Shown: positions 20,100 to 30,598, counted from the first letter of the stretch. The stretch: DNA of 64,000 bases from a candidate division FCPU426 bacterium (GCA_963830915.1 CAWHOE010000047.1:1-64000), one strand, 5' to 3'. Numbers and translations: made by a program. Notes: generated by a model not told the origin, from the letters alone.

Positions 20100-20827
20100 A
20101 ACAAAAGTGGTTCTGGGGGACCTTTCTATTCTTAACGATATTCACCAGTACGGTCATCGCCTGGGCCCTGATCTTTTCTCCAGTTAGGTTCTCGCCGAAA
20201 ACGCTCCAGGAATTCCAGACCAAAATTAACGGTACGGAAGAAAAGAACCAGATCTGGGTCAATGAGGGTCATTTAAAAGAACTTCTCCCGGTCATCGTGG
20301 AAAAATGGGACAAGGAGGGATGGAAAATCCATGGCCAAAAAATGGACCTAACCCCCGCCGTCCTGGGATTGTTGGATGATTCCATCGATCTGGAGGACAA
20401 CCTTCAGGTCCGCGTTTTCAAGAAGGGGGATCTTTATCGAACTTTGGGGTTATGGGAGCCTCCCGGAAACGACGAAACCTATGGTTGGGTCGGAGAACTG
20501 CCCGATCGGGCTTTTAACCCCAGTCTAGCGGTTGAGAAATGGGACTTCCCCATGGCGCCGCCACCCAACGCCTTAAGGATCTATTGCCAGGGTTTGGAGA
20601 ACTTAAAGGTCGCTTTGATCTCCCTCCCCCCGCCCCGGAATTTCGACGATCAATTCCTGGCCTATTGTTCCTCCCAAGGCTTCACCGGAAAACTTTGGAA
20701 GAAAAACGAGGACGAAAGCGTCTATTTCCTCAACCAAGGCGGGAAAAAGATCCTGGCGTTCTTGAATATGGATGAAGGGGAAGGTCACATCTCCCTGGTC
20801 TCGTTCGACCCAAAAAATAAATATTGA
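20096..20827 (+). CDS. Hypothetical membrane-anchored protein in the Tad cluster
   Basis: Start MKQKWFWG at an ATGA overlap, one N-terminal TM segment. Confidence 0.65.
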   Translation: MKQKWFWGTFLFLTIFTSTVIAWALIFSPVRFSPKTLQEFQTKINGTEEKNQIWVNEGHLKELLPVIVEKWDKEGWKIHGQKMDLTPAVLGLLDDSIDLEDNLQVRVFKKGDLYRTLGLWEPPGNDETYGWVGELPDRAFNPSLAVEKWDFPMAPPPNALRIYCQGLENLKVALISLPPPRNFDDQFLAYCSSQGFTGKLWKKNEDESVYFLNQGGKKILAFLNMDEGEGHISLVSFDPKNKY

Positions 20828-20837
20828 AAGGACGGTC

Positions 20838-21608
20838 ATGAAGAACACCAACTCGGTCATCGCTTTGACGGTAGGGATCCTTTGCGGGGTCCTGGCTTTC
20901 TTTCTTCTCTATCAAAAAGCGGCGGATATCGAGAAAAAATCCACTCCCGTTGAGATACTTTTCGCCACGCGGTTCATCTCCGCGGGAAATTGGCTGAAAC
21001 CTGAAATGGTCGAAAGAAGATCGATCCCTGGGGCTTTCGTTGTTCCCAGCGCTATTCATGACATCCGGGATGTACAGGACATGGTCAACCTCGTGCCCAT
21101 CTCCGCCGGTGAACAGATCATGGCCAATAAATTCGGGTCCGGGGACGATTCCCTGGCGCTGGCTTTGAACAATGGTTATCGGGCCTATACCCTGGAAGTC
21201 AACGAGACCAGCGGGGTGGGCGATTTGCTACATCCTGGCAACCGGGTGGACCTCCTGACCAAGGTCACGACCGGGAAAAGGGAGATCACCGCCTTCGCCC
21301 TCCAGAACATCCAGGTCCTGGCGGTCGGCCAGAAGTTGAACGGACCGTCCAAAGCCGTCAAAAACCCTAATAACAGTTCTGGATCAGGTAGTTCCAGTTC
21401 CTATAGCACGGTCACATTGGCGGTCACACCAGAACAAGCGGAAACCCTGATGTATCTGGAAGGTCAACCGTTGCGACTGGTATTAAGGGCGCCCAGCGAT
21501 GACGAGATCGTTTCCTTATCGCCCCAAAGCGAAAACGAAGTTATGTCAAAGCTGGGTCATTTTGCGCCGAAGGCTAATCATAAGATCGAGATCATTCATG
21601 GGGAATAA
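20838..21608 (+). CDS. cpaB: Flp pilus assembly protein CpaB/RcpC
   Basis: SAF domain, GYRAYTLEV, GVGDLLHPGNRVDLL, LQNIQVLAVGQ, TVTLAVTPEQAE. Confidence 0.92.
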   Translation: MKNTNSVIALTVGILCGVLAFFLLYQKAADIEKKSTPVEILFATRFISAGNWLKPEMVERRSIPGAFVVPSAIHDIRDVQDMVNLVPISAGEQIMANKFGSGDDSLALALNNGYRAYTLEVNETSGVGDLLHPGNRVDLLTKVTTGKREITAFALQNIQVLAVGQKLNGPSKAVKNPNNSSGSGSSSSYSTVTLAVTPEQAETLMYLEGQPLRLVLRAPSDDEIVSLSPQSENEVMSKLGHFAPKANHKIEIIHGE

Positions 21609-21624
21609 TAGAAAGGAACATTTC

Positions 21625-22644
21625 ATGAAGAAATTCACGCTGTTTTTTGTACTGATGACCTTAGTTATGATTCGTCCGGCAATGGCTGATGAGTCCGCGA
21701 TCCATTTGACCCTCGGGGAATCAAAACTTGTCCCTGTGGAATCGGCTAAAAAGGTCGCTATTGGCAATCCAGCGATCGCCAATGTGACCCCAGTGAGCGA
21801 TGATGAAATCCTCCTCTCGGCAAAAACAGTCGGTAACACCAATTTGATCTTCATTGGCGCGGACGGGAACAAGGAATCCCGCGCCATCATCGTAACGGCC
21901 CACAACTTGAAAAAAGCCATGGTCGAGGTCGGGGTCGAGATCATGGAGATCGAATCCCAAAGCGCTCTCAAAGCTGGCTTGAGTTGGGGTTCCCTGACTT
22001 CCAGCTCCTCGAGTTCCTCCAGCGGGTCTTCCCTATCCTCAACGACCCCCAATAACTTGACGATCAGTGAAAATTCCCCTCCCCCCCTAGTGGCTTTCGG
22101 TTCGTTCACTCGGCAATCCCTGACGGCGAGCCTCCAGCTATTGGTCAACCGCGGCAAGGCCAAAATACTCGCCAAACCCAAATTGTTGGCGGTCAGTGGC
22201 GAGGAGGCCAGTTTCCTGGCCGGGGGAGAACTTCCTTATACGGTGGAAACCAAACTAGGCTCGGTGGACATCCAATGGAAACCCTATGGAGTAAAGCTCA
22301 AGGTCAAGCCCACGATCGATGGGGAGGGCAACATCAACTCTATCCTGAGGGCCGAGGTCAGCGGGGTCGACACCCAGAACGGCATATCTCTCAACGGAAA
22401 TATCATCCCGGCCTTACGGACACGCTGGGTCGAGACTACGGTCTATATGAAAAGTGGAAGTACTTTGGTCATCGCCGGATTGATCGATAACGAAAACCAG
22501 AAATTGACCTCCGGGATCCCGATCTTGAGCGACATCCCGATCCTGGGCGAACTGTTCCGGTTCACGGACAACGAGGAAACACAGACCGAACTGGTCATTT
22601 TCGTCACGCCCAGTTTGGTCGGGCAGACGACGGACGAGGGCTGA
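21625..22644 (+). CDS. cpaC: Tad secretin CpaC/RcpA
   Basis: VAIGNPAIANV N-domain; LAKPKLLAVSGEEASFLAGGELP; GIPILSDIPILGELFR; TELVIFVTP. Confidence 0.9.
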   Translation: MKKFTLFFVLMTLVMIRPAMADESAIHLTLGESKLVPVESAKKVAIGNPAIANVTPVSDDEILLSAKTVGNTNLIFIGADGNKESRAIIVTAHNLKKAMVEVGVEIMEIESQSALKAGLSWGSLTSSSSSSSSGSSLSSTTPNNLTISENSPPPLVAFGSFTRQSLTASLQLLVNRGKAKILAKPKLLAVSGEEASFLAGGELPYTVETKLGSVDIQWKPYGVKLKVKPTIDGEGNINSILRAEVSGVDTQNGISLNGNIIPALRTRWVETTVYMKSGSTLVIAGLIDNENQKLTSGIPILSDIPILGELFRFTDNEETQTELVIFVTPSLVGQTTDEG

Positions 22645-22645
22645 C

Positions 22646-23134
22646 CTATTCGTCCGCGGAGGGAGCTTGATCCAGGCCGATCACTGGATCGCCCGGTTTA
22701 AGACCGTTTTTTTCGAACCATCCGGCGTTCATTTCCAGGGCGTATTTCGCCCCTCCCTTGGAGAAAAAACTATCCTCGGTCAAGGGTGGCATTTCTAGTA
22801 CGTTAAGGATAATTCCCTTATCGTCCATAAAGGCAATGCTTAAGGGGATATAGGTATTTTTCATCCAAAAAGCCCTTAGTGCTGTTTCGTGGAACACGAA
22901 AAGCATACCGTTGTTCTCGCCCATGGATTTGCGGAACATCAGCCCCGCATCCCTCGTGGGGATCTTGTTGGCCACCTCAGCGAGAACCTCATGATGGTTC
23001 AGGGTCAGATGAACGATGGGTAGATCGGACCTGATCGCGGGGCGACAAGAAAAACCAGCCAGGCCCATCCACAGGACCAGTCCGGCCAATTTCGGCAATT
23101 GTTTAACGTCCCAGATTCGCGACTGTCCGAGCAT
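22646..23134 (-). CDS. DUF192 family protein
   Basis: GLMFR, GMLFVF, FWMKNTYIPLSIAF, YALEMNAG. Confidence 0.88.
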   Translation of the reverse strand: MLGQSRIWDVKQLPKLAGLVLWMGLAGFSCRPAIRSDLPIVHLTLNHHEVLAEVANKIPTRDAGLMFRKSMGENNGMLFVFHETALRAFWMKNTYIPLSIAFMDDKGIILNVLEMPPLTEDSFFSKGGAKYALEMNAGWFEKNGLKPGDPVIGLDQAPSADE

Positions 23135-23209
23135 CTTTTGAAAGTCCCCCTCGTTGGTTAAAAGCTATTTAAATTGACGATTTTAAAGCTATTGGCTTAA
23201 GATACTTCC

Positions 23210-24205
23210 GTGATGAAACGAACTCTCTTTCTCGCGCTTTTAATAACGATATCACAAACCATGGTTACGGCAAAAGTTTTTGCCGACCCATCCGAAGCCC
23301 AATTGACCGAGGCTTATAAATACGCTTACGCACTATATGGAGCCCAGCGTTTCGATCAGGCCAAGGAAGTATTCCAAAAGATAGCCGCGGTCACGACCCA
23401 ACCTGGGTTGAGCGCCAATTCCCTCTACTACTATTCCCAATGCGCGTTCCGCACCGAGGATTACGACGGTTGCGTTAAAGGGCTGGATGTGCTGACCCAG
23501 AAATGGCCAAAGTCGGCCGCGATCACCAAGGGTTTCGTTTCGAGATTCGCCATCTTTTTGATCAATCAGGTCTCCAAGCTGCAAACCAATTGGGATTATT
23601 ACCGATACAAGGAAGGGCTGGACGAAAACCATCAGATCATCTGGAAAGAAAGCATTCCCCCAGGGTTCAAGATCAAACGCATCAATTTCAAGTTGGGTTT
23701 CGGCCTCTATCGCATCCTTAAGCGCATTCAACCGGACGCCCCTGAAACAGCGGCTTGCAAACAAAGGCTGAACTTGATGATCAACGCTCCTATCACCATG
23801 GTGTGGGTGGATGAGAAAGCCCCACCGGACAAGTGGGGGCATCCAGGTAATTTCTTTTCCCTCTTCTCGATCACCGAAAAGAAGCAATTTTCCAGGTTCA
23901 TTTGCGATCGGATGTTCTACAACTGGAAGAGCGAGAAATTGTACCAATTCCTCGATATGTACGACGATGTGCGTAATCTGAAGCCCCGTTTCATCGCCAG
24001 GACCAAGCCGCCGGAAGATACAGGGGTAGCGCCAGGGAGCATGGCAAGCGCGCCTCCCCTTCCCGGTTCCTCTACCCCAGCAGCGGCCCCCGCGGATCCA
24101 TTCGCCGTGTTAACTTTGTACAAACTTTTCCAAGTGACAGGTTACAATCCCTACACGGATAGTTTCACCAGCCTGATCGAATCAACCCCCGCCAGCGCCC
24201 TGTAA
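23210..24205 (+). CDS. Secreted protein with N-terminal TPR-like repeats
   Basis: Signal peptide followed by BamD/YbgF-like TPR helices (AYKYAYALY...AKEVFQKI...SLYYYSQCAF). Confidence 0.65.
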   Translation: MMKRTLFLALLITISQTMVTAKVFADPSEAQLTEAYKYAYALYGAQRFDQAKEVFQKIAAVTTQPGLSANSLYYYSQCAFRTEDYDGCVKGLDVLTQKWPKSAAITKGFVSRFAIFLINQVSKLQTNWDYYRYKEGLDENHQIIWKESIPPGFKIKRINFKLGFGLYRILKRIQPDAPETAACKQRLNLMINAPITMVWVDEKAPPDKWGHPGNFFSLFSITEKKQFSRFICDRMFYNWKSEKLYQFLDMYDDVRNLKPRFIARTKPPEDTGVAPGSMASAPPLPGSSTPAAAPADPFAVLTLYKLFQVTGYNPYTDSFTSLIESTPASAL

Positions 24206-24209
24206 AATC

Positions 24210-24578
24210 ATGAAACCATCCAATTGGGTTTGGGCCGTATTCTTCTTGATGGCGATCACGCCCTTTTCATTTGGTCAAACCGAATCCACGAAAACTAAAG
24301 CCACGGAAAAAATGGTCGCGACACCAAAACCGCTAACGACCGGCAAGAATAACAATTATTCCAACGCCCTGATCATCCACAAGCCAGCGCCAGATCCCGC
24401 CTGGGGAAAGATCGTTCAATATAAGCGTGAACAGATAACTTCCATTTCCAGCAAGGAAAAGGAAACGATCTATGAATTCGTTTTTCAGGATGACCAAGGC
24501 GTTATTCGGACCGCTATATACCACGAGAATGATTCAGGGGATGGATATTGGGAAGTACTGGTATGGGACCAAACGTAG
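24210..24578 (+). CDS. Secreted hypothetical protein
   Basis: 122 aa with a signal peptide. Confidence 0.6.
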   Translation: MKPSNWVWAVFFLMAITPFSFGQTESTKTKATEKMVATPKPLTTGKNNNYSNALIIHKPAPDPAWGKIVQYKREQITSISSKEKETIYEFVFQDDQGVIRTAIYHENDSGDGYWEVLVWDQT

Positions 24579-26607
24579 GAATATCATCTAACTTATTTAG
24601 CATTTTAGGGGTCAAAGGCGGGGTCGGAAATTCTTCCCTCACTTCTTTGGCCTGTCGGCTTGCGAGCAAAAAACACTCCAAAAAAATAGCGATCGTTGAC
24701 GGAGCGCCTTCCCATCATTCCACGACCCCTTTATTCCTATCCACGCCATCCACGAACCGCCATTTATTACAACTCCAACCCTATGGGGATCAAATCAATG
24801 AGAAAATGATCGAGAGTTTCTTTTCGGTCAGCCCTGAAGGGGTTACCTATATTCCCGTCCGCGCGACGGACGAAGAAGCATCACTCAGCCCGGAAAATGT
24901 TCTCATTTTGCTTGGAAAGATCGCCCGTTCCTTCGATATTTTATGGTTGGACCTCTCCTCCTTCCCCAGTGATCAAAGGATCACTTTCCTTGAATGCAGC
25001 CAAAATTTCATTCTCGTTTCTTCGACAAATCCGGCATCTTTGAGCGCGCTGAATCAATGGGAAAAGCGCCTCCTTTCCCTTCAACTGGATCTCTCAAAAG
25101 CGGGATTGATCCTGAACCAAGCCCATCCAAACCAAAGCCAGCCCAAAGATATAACCCCTTGGGCTAAAAACATTTCCATTCTCGAAACTATCCCTTATCT
25201 AGGGGATGATTTCTCCATAAAGCTATTTGAGTCTAAAGTTATCCAACCCCCAATCGAGAAAGCGATAGGGCCTTTGGTGGATAAAATGCTCGTTTTTTCG
25301 TCCACAAAAAAGACCGTCCAAACACCCCTTCAAAAATATCCAACAAAGGAAAACACGGTTGAAAATACCGACGGGGATGAAGATCATCTGCGGAACATTC
25401 ACCTTCTCCATCAAAAACTCCTTGAAAATCTCAGATCAAACGGATACCTGACCGAACAAACCAATGATAAAATCCAAACCGAGCTGAAACCTAAGGCCCG
25501 AGAAATACTGGACCGCCTGATACAAGAAATGGACATTCCCGACCGAATGATCCGGCAAAAATGGGTAGCTGAAACTCTTGATATCGCTTTTGGCTTGGGC
25601 CCCTTGCAACCCCTGCTCGACAATGAGGAAGTTTCCGAGATCATGGTCAACGGTCCCGAGCAGGTCTATATCGAAAAAAAAGGGCTTCTTGAAAAAACCA
25701 ACGTAAGATTTTACGACGATATCCAGTTGCGGACCGTGATCGAGCGGATCCTCGCTCCGATCGGTAGAAGGATCGATGAAAGCCAACCTTATGTGGATGG
25801 AAGATTGCATGATGGATCCCGTTTGAACGCGGTCATCCCCCCCCTAAGCCTGAACGGGCCCATTCTGACCATCCGAAAGTTCTCAAAACACAAATTAAAA
25901 GCCGAAACCTGATCAAACTTGGATCTTTAAGCCGGGAAGCCGCCGATTTCCTGGGCGCTTGCGTCAAGGCCAGAAAAAACATCGTGGTATCCGGAGGGAC
26001 CGGTTCAGGCAAAACAACGCTCCTCAATATCTTGTCCAGTTTCATCCCTGACAACGAAAGGATCGTGACCATCGAGGATTCAGCTGAATTACAGCTTTCC
26101 CAGGATCACGTGGTCCGCTTGGAAGCCAGACCCGCGAACCTTGAGGGTAAAGGTCAAATCTCCATTCGGGATTTGGTCATCAACGCCTTGAGGATGAGAC
26201 CGGATCGGATCGTGGTGGGAGAGGTTCGGGGAGGCGAGGCTTTGGATATGCTGCAGGCCATGAATACAGGACACGACGGTTCACTGACCACGGCCCATGC
26301 CAATTCGCCGCGGGATGTTCTATCCAGGCTTGAAACCATGTGTTTATTCACGGGGCTGGACCTTCCGATGAAAGCGATCCGGGAACAGATCGCCCGAGCG
26401 ATCCACCTGATCGTTCAACAAAGCCGTTTACCCGGCGGAAAAAGATCCGTTACCCATATCAGTTCGGTCCAGGGCATGGAGGGTGATGTGGTGATCCTGC
26501 AGGAACTATTCAAATATGAGGAGGGAAAGGGCTTGGTGCGACAACCCTTCCCGCCCTCTTTTATCGGGGATTTGAACCCGGTCGGATATCAATGGCCAAA
26601 GCAATAA
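24563..26607 (+). CDS. cpaF: CpaE/TadZ-like (MinD/ParA fold) domain fused to CpaF/TadA ATPase, with a frameshift near 25905
   Basis: N-terminal GVKGGVGNS; then [35 protein letters not shown]; after a one-base shift [41 protein letters not shown]. Confidence 0.88.
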
Positions 26608-26626
26608 ACCCGTATTAAAAACCGGT

Positions 26627-27097
26627 TTATTTTTTATTCTGTTTCTTTTGCTGTTTGGCGACAGCTTCTTTTTCCACGGTCGTTAGGGGCGCCGGTATAT
26701 AGGAGTCATCCCCCACCGGTGTGATGGTCGCGATCTCCGCGGCGTACTTCTGATAATCCGGCCTAGTCTGACGGAGATCCGCGTCCAGGGGACCCTCCAC
26801 CGGGACAAAATCGCCCAGATAGGCCCGACAGATCCACTCCTTTTCAGCGGCCTTATCCACCCATTGGGTGTGGGGAAGGTAATAGAATTCCTGGACTTCC
26901 TGATAATCCCACATGGCTTCCTTATATTTCTTTTGGGCGAAATGGTCCTCACCTCTCAAGAATGCGGCATGGGCCCTGTGAATGACCTCCAGGTTCGCCA
27001 TCCCATAGGCGATCAATAACGTTCCAATAATCGCTACCGCCGTAAAGAAACCCTGTTTTTTGAAAAAGGGCGTTTTTTCTTGATTCATATCAGCCAC
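26627..27097 (-). CDS. Hypothetical protein with one TM segment and a TPR-like helix pair
   Basis: 156-aa ORF immediately downstream of pheS. Confidence 0.6.
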   Translation of the reverse strand: MADMNQEKTPFFKKQGFFTAVAIIGTLLIAYGMANLEVIHRAHAAFLRGEDHFAQKKYKEAMWDYQEVQEFYYLPHTQWVDKAAEKEWICRAYLGDFVPVEGPLDADLRQTRPDYQKYAAEIATITPVGDDSYIPAPLTTVEKEAVAKQQKKQNKK

Positions 27098-27106
27098 AAG
27101 GGCCTC

Positions 27107-28120
27107 CTAGAACTGTTTTAAAAACCTTATGTCGTTCTGGTAAAACAACCGGATATCATCAATATCATACTTAAAGAGCGCGATCCTCTCCACTCCCATT
27201 CCAAAGGCGAAACCCGTCCATTTTTCCGGATCGATACCACAATTCTTGAAAACCTCAGGATCGATCATTCCGCAGCCCATCAATTCCACCCATCCGGATT
27301 GTTTGCAGATGCGGCATCCCTTTCCCTCGCAAAAAACACAGGAAATATCCATCTCGGCCGAAGGTTCGGTAAAGGGGAAAAAGCTGGGGCGAAAACGCGT
27401 CTTGACCTTGTCCCCGAATAATCTCTTGATGAACGTATCCAAAACGCCTTTTAAGTGGCCGAAATGCACTCCCTCGTCCACTAAAAAGCCTTCTACCTGA
27501 TGGAAAATATGATGATGGGTGGCGTCAATCGCCTCGTTCCTGTAAACCCGGCCAGGAGCGATGAATTTAAAGGGCGGTTTGTTCTTTTCCATGACCCGGA
27601 TCTGGATGGGGGACGTATGGGTCCTCATTAAAATGTCCTCTTGGAGATAAAAAGTGTCCTGGGCATCCCTGGCTGGGTGGTCAGGTGGAAAATTCAGGGC
27701 AAGAAAATTATAGTAATCGGTCTCGACATCCGGACCATCGCTCAGGTCAAAACCCATTTCCTTGAAAATGGCCGCGATTTCCTTTTGGACCCTGGTCAAA
27801 GGATTCAGCCGTCCGGCAGTCCATCGCCTGCCAGGTAAGGTCGGATCGAAATCAGCCCGGGGTAATGAATCGCTTTGACTTTCGATGTCCTCTTTTTTTT
27901 GCTCCAATAACCGAGTGATAGTATTTTTGACATCATTACAAGCCTTACCGACCAGTGGCTTTTCTTCAGGGGAAAGTCGCCCCAATTCCTTCAAAACATC
28001 GGTTAACAAACCGCTTTTGCCAAGGAATTTAACCCGCAGATCCTCAATGGTTTTCAAATCCGAGGCACCTTGGATGGATAGTTCGGCCTGGCCAGATATT
28101 TCCTTGAGTCGATCAAGCAT
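27107..28120 (-). CDS. pheS: Phenylalanine-tRNA ligase alpha subunit
   Basis: HPARDAQDTFY, RTHTSPIQ, FHQVEG, FRPSFFPFTEPSAE, GFAFGMGVER. Confidence 0.98.
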   Translation of the reverse strand: MLDRLKEISGQAELSIQGASDLKTIEDLRVKFLGKSGLLTDVLKELGRLSPEEKPLVGKACNDVKNTITRLLEQKKEDIESQSDSLPRADFDPTLPGRRWTAGRLNPLTRVQKEIAAIFKEMGFDLSDGPDVETDYYNFLALNFPPDHPARDAQDTFYLQEDILMRTHTSPIQIRVMEKNKPPFKFIAPGRVYRNEAIDATHHHIFHQVEGFLVDEGVHFGHLKGVLDTFIKRLFGDKVKTRFRPSFFPFTEPSAEMDISCVFCEGKGCRICKQSGWVELMGCGMIDPEVFKNCGIDPEKWTGFAFGMGVERIALFKYDIDDIRLFYQNDIRFLKQF

Positions 28121-28205
28121 CGAGTTTCCTTGCGAATGAAAGGATATGCGAATAGGGCAATATTATTTAGTTTTTAAGGGGAAATTTCATTAAGAAAAGT
28201 AAGAA

Positions 28206-28373
28206 TCAGCGGCTGGCGGCTGTCAAAAGAGCTTTGATCATCGAGGCTTCTATCTTTTTGAGATACAGCAGGTAGTCGCTGATCGAGCCTGTTTTTTCGA
28301 ACCTTTTCCATAAAACCTCTAGGGAGAGGTTCTGTTTCACTTCGGAAGAGGATTTTTGAAGATCCGGGGTCAA
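28206..28373 (-). CDS. Small YqzL-like protein (55 aa), absent from the ORF track
   Basis: Manual translation: (L)TPDLQKSSSEVKQNLSLEVLWKRFEKTGSISDYLLYLKKIEASMIKALLTAASR*. WxxFxxTGxIxxYLLY resembles YqzL. Start uncertain (TTG 28373 or GTG 28340). Confidence 0.6.
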   Translation of the reverse strand: MTPDLQKSSSEVKQNLSLEVLWKRFEKTGSISDYLLYLKKIEASMIKALLTAASR

Positions 28374-28409
28374 GGGAAACCAACTTTCTATGTCTATTTT
28401 CGAAGTCTA

Positions 28410-29230
28410 TCACCGGCTTTCTGGGGTGTCAAGAAACGGGCCCCCTTTTCGGGTATAAAACAGGGCAATACTCGCCGCCACAGCCACATTCAAGGACTCA
28501 ACTTGACCCATCATGGGTATTTTGAGGGATTGGTCACAAGCTTTTATCAATTCCTCGGGTAATCCCCCACCTTCCGAACCCACCCAGAGGACCAATGGCA
28601 TCTTCGGTTCATATCCGAACAAGGTTTTTTCCGAATTCCCGGTCAAAGCCAGGGATGTAAACCCGTTCCCCTTGTACCAAGCCAAATATTCTTCCCAAGG
28701 TTTATTTGAATCGAACGGAACTCGAAAGAGTGATCCCATAGAAGCTCGGACAACCTTTGGGTTGAAAGGATCGCAACAACCCTCGGTCAAAAAAAGTCCC
28801 TGGGCTCCAAATGCCTCGGCCGAGCGGAAAAGGGTACCCAAATTCCCAGCATCCTGGATCTGGTAAGCGGCCAAGAAAAGTCCAAAAGGAGGCTGGAGGT
28901 CTGCTTTGGGGGGTTTCGCTACCACCGCCAATATCCCTTGGGGTGTGACTGTATCGGCAAGATAGGTGACGGTCTTATTGGGTATCTCGAAACATCGAAC
29001 TTTAAGCCGATCGGCCTGAAGCAGGATTCCTGCCCCTCAGGACTGGTGTAACCCTTGGCCGTGGCGAACAGATAACGAATTTTCAGGTCCGAACGCAGAG
29101 CTTCTTTGACAAGATGGAAACCCTCGCAAAGAAAATCCTCGGATTCTTTTAACTTTTTGGGGACCTTCAAGGAATAAGCGTGTTTAACCATGGAATTGCC
29201 GATGCTTTGAATGACAGGAATATTCGTCAT
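28410..29230 (-). CDS. TrmH/SpoU-family RNA methyltransferase with a frameshift near 29030
   Basis: FLCEGFHLVKEAL; after the shift TVTPQGILAVV, QDAGNLGTLFRSA, KVVRASMGS, GSEGGG, IPMMGQVESLNVAVA. Confidence 0.9.
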
Positions 29231-29256
29231 GAAAAATCCCTTCCGCATTCGGCTGC

Positions 29257-29292
29257 AAAAAAACACCCCTTACCCGGGAGGGCAAGGGGTGT
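29257..29292 (-). terminator. Intrinsic terminator after rplT
   Basis: ACACCCCTT...AAGGGGTGT stem with a T-run on the minus strand. Confidence 0.75.
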
Positions 29293-29311
29293 GGAAGCAA
29301 CGAACCGTTCT

Positions 29312-29671
29312 TTAAGAAACCTTCGCGCCCTTGGCGGCTTCTACCAACAAGCCAAACGCCTTGGTATCCGTCAAGGCCAGATCCGCCAGGATCTTCCGAT
29401 CCAGGTCGATTTCCGCTTTCTTCAGGCCGCTGATGAACTGGCTATAGGATAGCCCATGTTCCCTGACCGCGGCATTGATACGTGTGATCCAGAGGCGGCG
29501 AAATTCACGCTTGCGGGCCTTACGGTCCCTGAAGGCGTAATTGCCGGATCTTTTAGAGGCTTCCCGGACCGTCCGATATTGGCGGCTCTTGGCCCCGAAA
29601 TAACCCTTGGTAAGTTTGAAGAACTTCTTTTTCCGCTTTCTTTTCGCGACTGCCCGCTTAATACGTGCCAT
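29312..29671 (-). CDS. rplT: 50S ribosomal protein L20
   Basis: [33 protein letters not shown]. Confidence 0.98.
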   Translation of the reverse strand: MARIKRAVAKRKRKKKFFKLTKGYFGAKSRQYRTVREASKRSGNYAFRDRKARKREFRRLWITRINAAVREHGLSYSQFISGLKKAEIDLDRKILADLALTDTKAFGLLVEAAKGAKVS

Positions 29672-29690
29672 TTTTCTCTCCGGATCTTTA

Positions 29691-29891
29691 TTAGATTGAG
29701 ATCATCCGCTTGATCTTGAGGGTATTGGTCGCCCCTAGGATCGTTTGGCGCTTCAACTGTCTCTTGCGCTTGGAGCTCTTATGGGCCAGCAAGTGGCCGC
29801 GCCCCATTTGCTTCTTGATCTTCAATTTCCCGCTCGCCGTCACTTTAAAACGCTTCAAAATGCTTTTTTTGGTTTTCCGTCCCTTACCCAT
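29691..29891 (-). CDS. rpmI: 50S ribosomal protein L35
   Basis: [17 protein letters not shown]...[14 protein letters not shown]; between infC and rplT; start reassigned. Confidence 0.92.
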   Translation of the reverse strand: MGKGRKTKKSILKRFKVTASGKLKIKKQMGRGHLLAHKSSKRKRQLKRQTILGATNTLKIKRMISI

Positions 29892-30450
29892 TTTCACCTT
29901 CCTTTTCATTGACAGTTTCCTTGGCGGCCGGCCTTTGGGGCTTCGGATTGAACACCGCCACGATCTGCATCCCCTCATCCTTAGGGGGGGCTTCCAAGTC
30001 GCCCACGTCGGACAAATCCTCAATGACCCGGTCCATCAACTGCCGTCCGAGTTCTTTGTGGCTTAACTCCCTGCCCCTGAACATCAGGGTGACCTTGACC
30101 TTGTCGCCGTGGTCGAAGAAATTCCAGGCCATCCTGAGCTTGGTCTGGTAATCGTGTTCATCGATCTTGGGTCGGAGTTTGAGCTCCTTGACCTTGATGA
30201 TCCGCTGTTTCTTGGAGGCTTCCTTTTCTTTCTTACGCTGGGCGTATTTGAACTTGCCGTAATTCAGGATCCGGCAAACAGGCGGCACACCATCCGGAGC
30301 TACTTCGACCAGATCCAAGTTTCTTTCTCTCGCGATGGTCAGGGCTTTGGAAAGATCGACGATCCCTAATTGCTCGCCCGCGTCTCCGACCAAACGGACT
30401 TGTCTCGCGCGAATTTGATGGTTAATCCTTAATTCTTTTGACGAGGAAAT
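29884..30450 (-). CDS. infC: Translation initiation factor IF-3 (probable ATT start)
   Basis: RINHQIRARQVRLV, LDLVEVAP, PPVCRI, GDKVKVTLMFRGRE; AGGAGGT SD 8 nt before the ATT at 30450. Confidence 0.97.
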   Translation of the reverse strand: MSSSKELRINHQIRARQVRLVGDAGEQLGIVDLSKALTIARERNLDLVEVAPDGVPPVCRILNYGKFKYAQRKKEKEASKKQRIIKVKELKLRPKIDEHDYQTKLRMAWNFFDHGDKVKVTLMFRGRELSHKELGRQLMDRVIEDLSDVGDLEAPPKDEGMQIVAVFNPKPQRPAAKETVNEKEGENG

Positions 30451-30473
30451 AAGCACCCACCTCCTAATTTATT

Positions 30474-30598
30474 AAAAAACAAAAAAAGGACGAAGCCATA
30501 GGGCCCCGTCCTTTTCCATTCAACGCAATAGCTTGATGAAAACGTAACCCTTTCGCGCCAACGGGCTGGAGGGTGAGGAGACGGAATCCCCTGCTTGA
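30474..30598 (-). ncRNA. Putative ribosomal protein L20 leader with transcription attenuator
   Basis: Minus strand AAGCAGGGGATTCCGTCTCCTCACCCT...GGGTTAC...AAAAGGACGGGGCC-CTAT-GGCTTCGTCCTTTTTTT. Resembles the Firmicutes L20 leader and sits before infC-rpmI-rplT. Confidence 0.7.

Noticed and set aside
28121..28410. T-box or pheM-like leader before pheS
   Set aside because: No T-box consensus, no terminator and no Phe-rich peptide seen. The region is better explained by the YqzL-like ORF.
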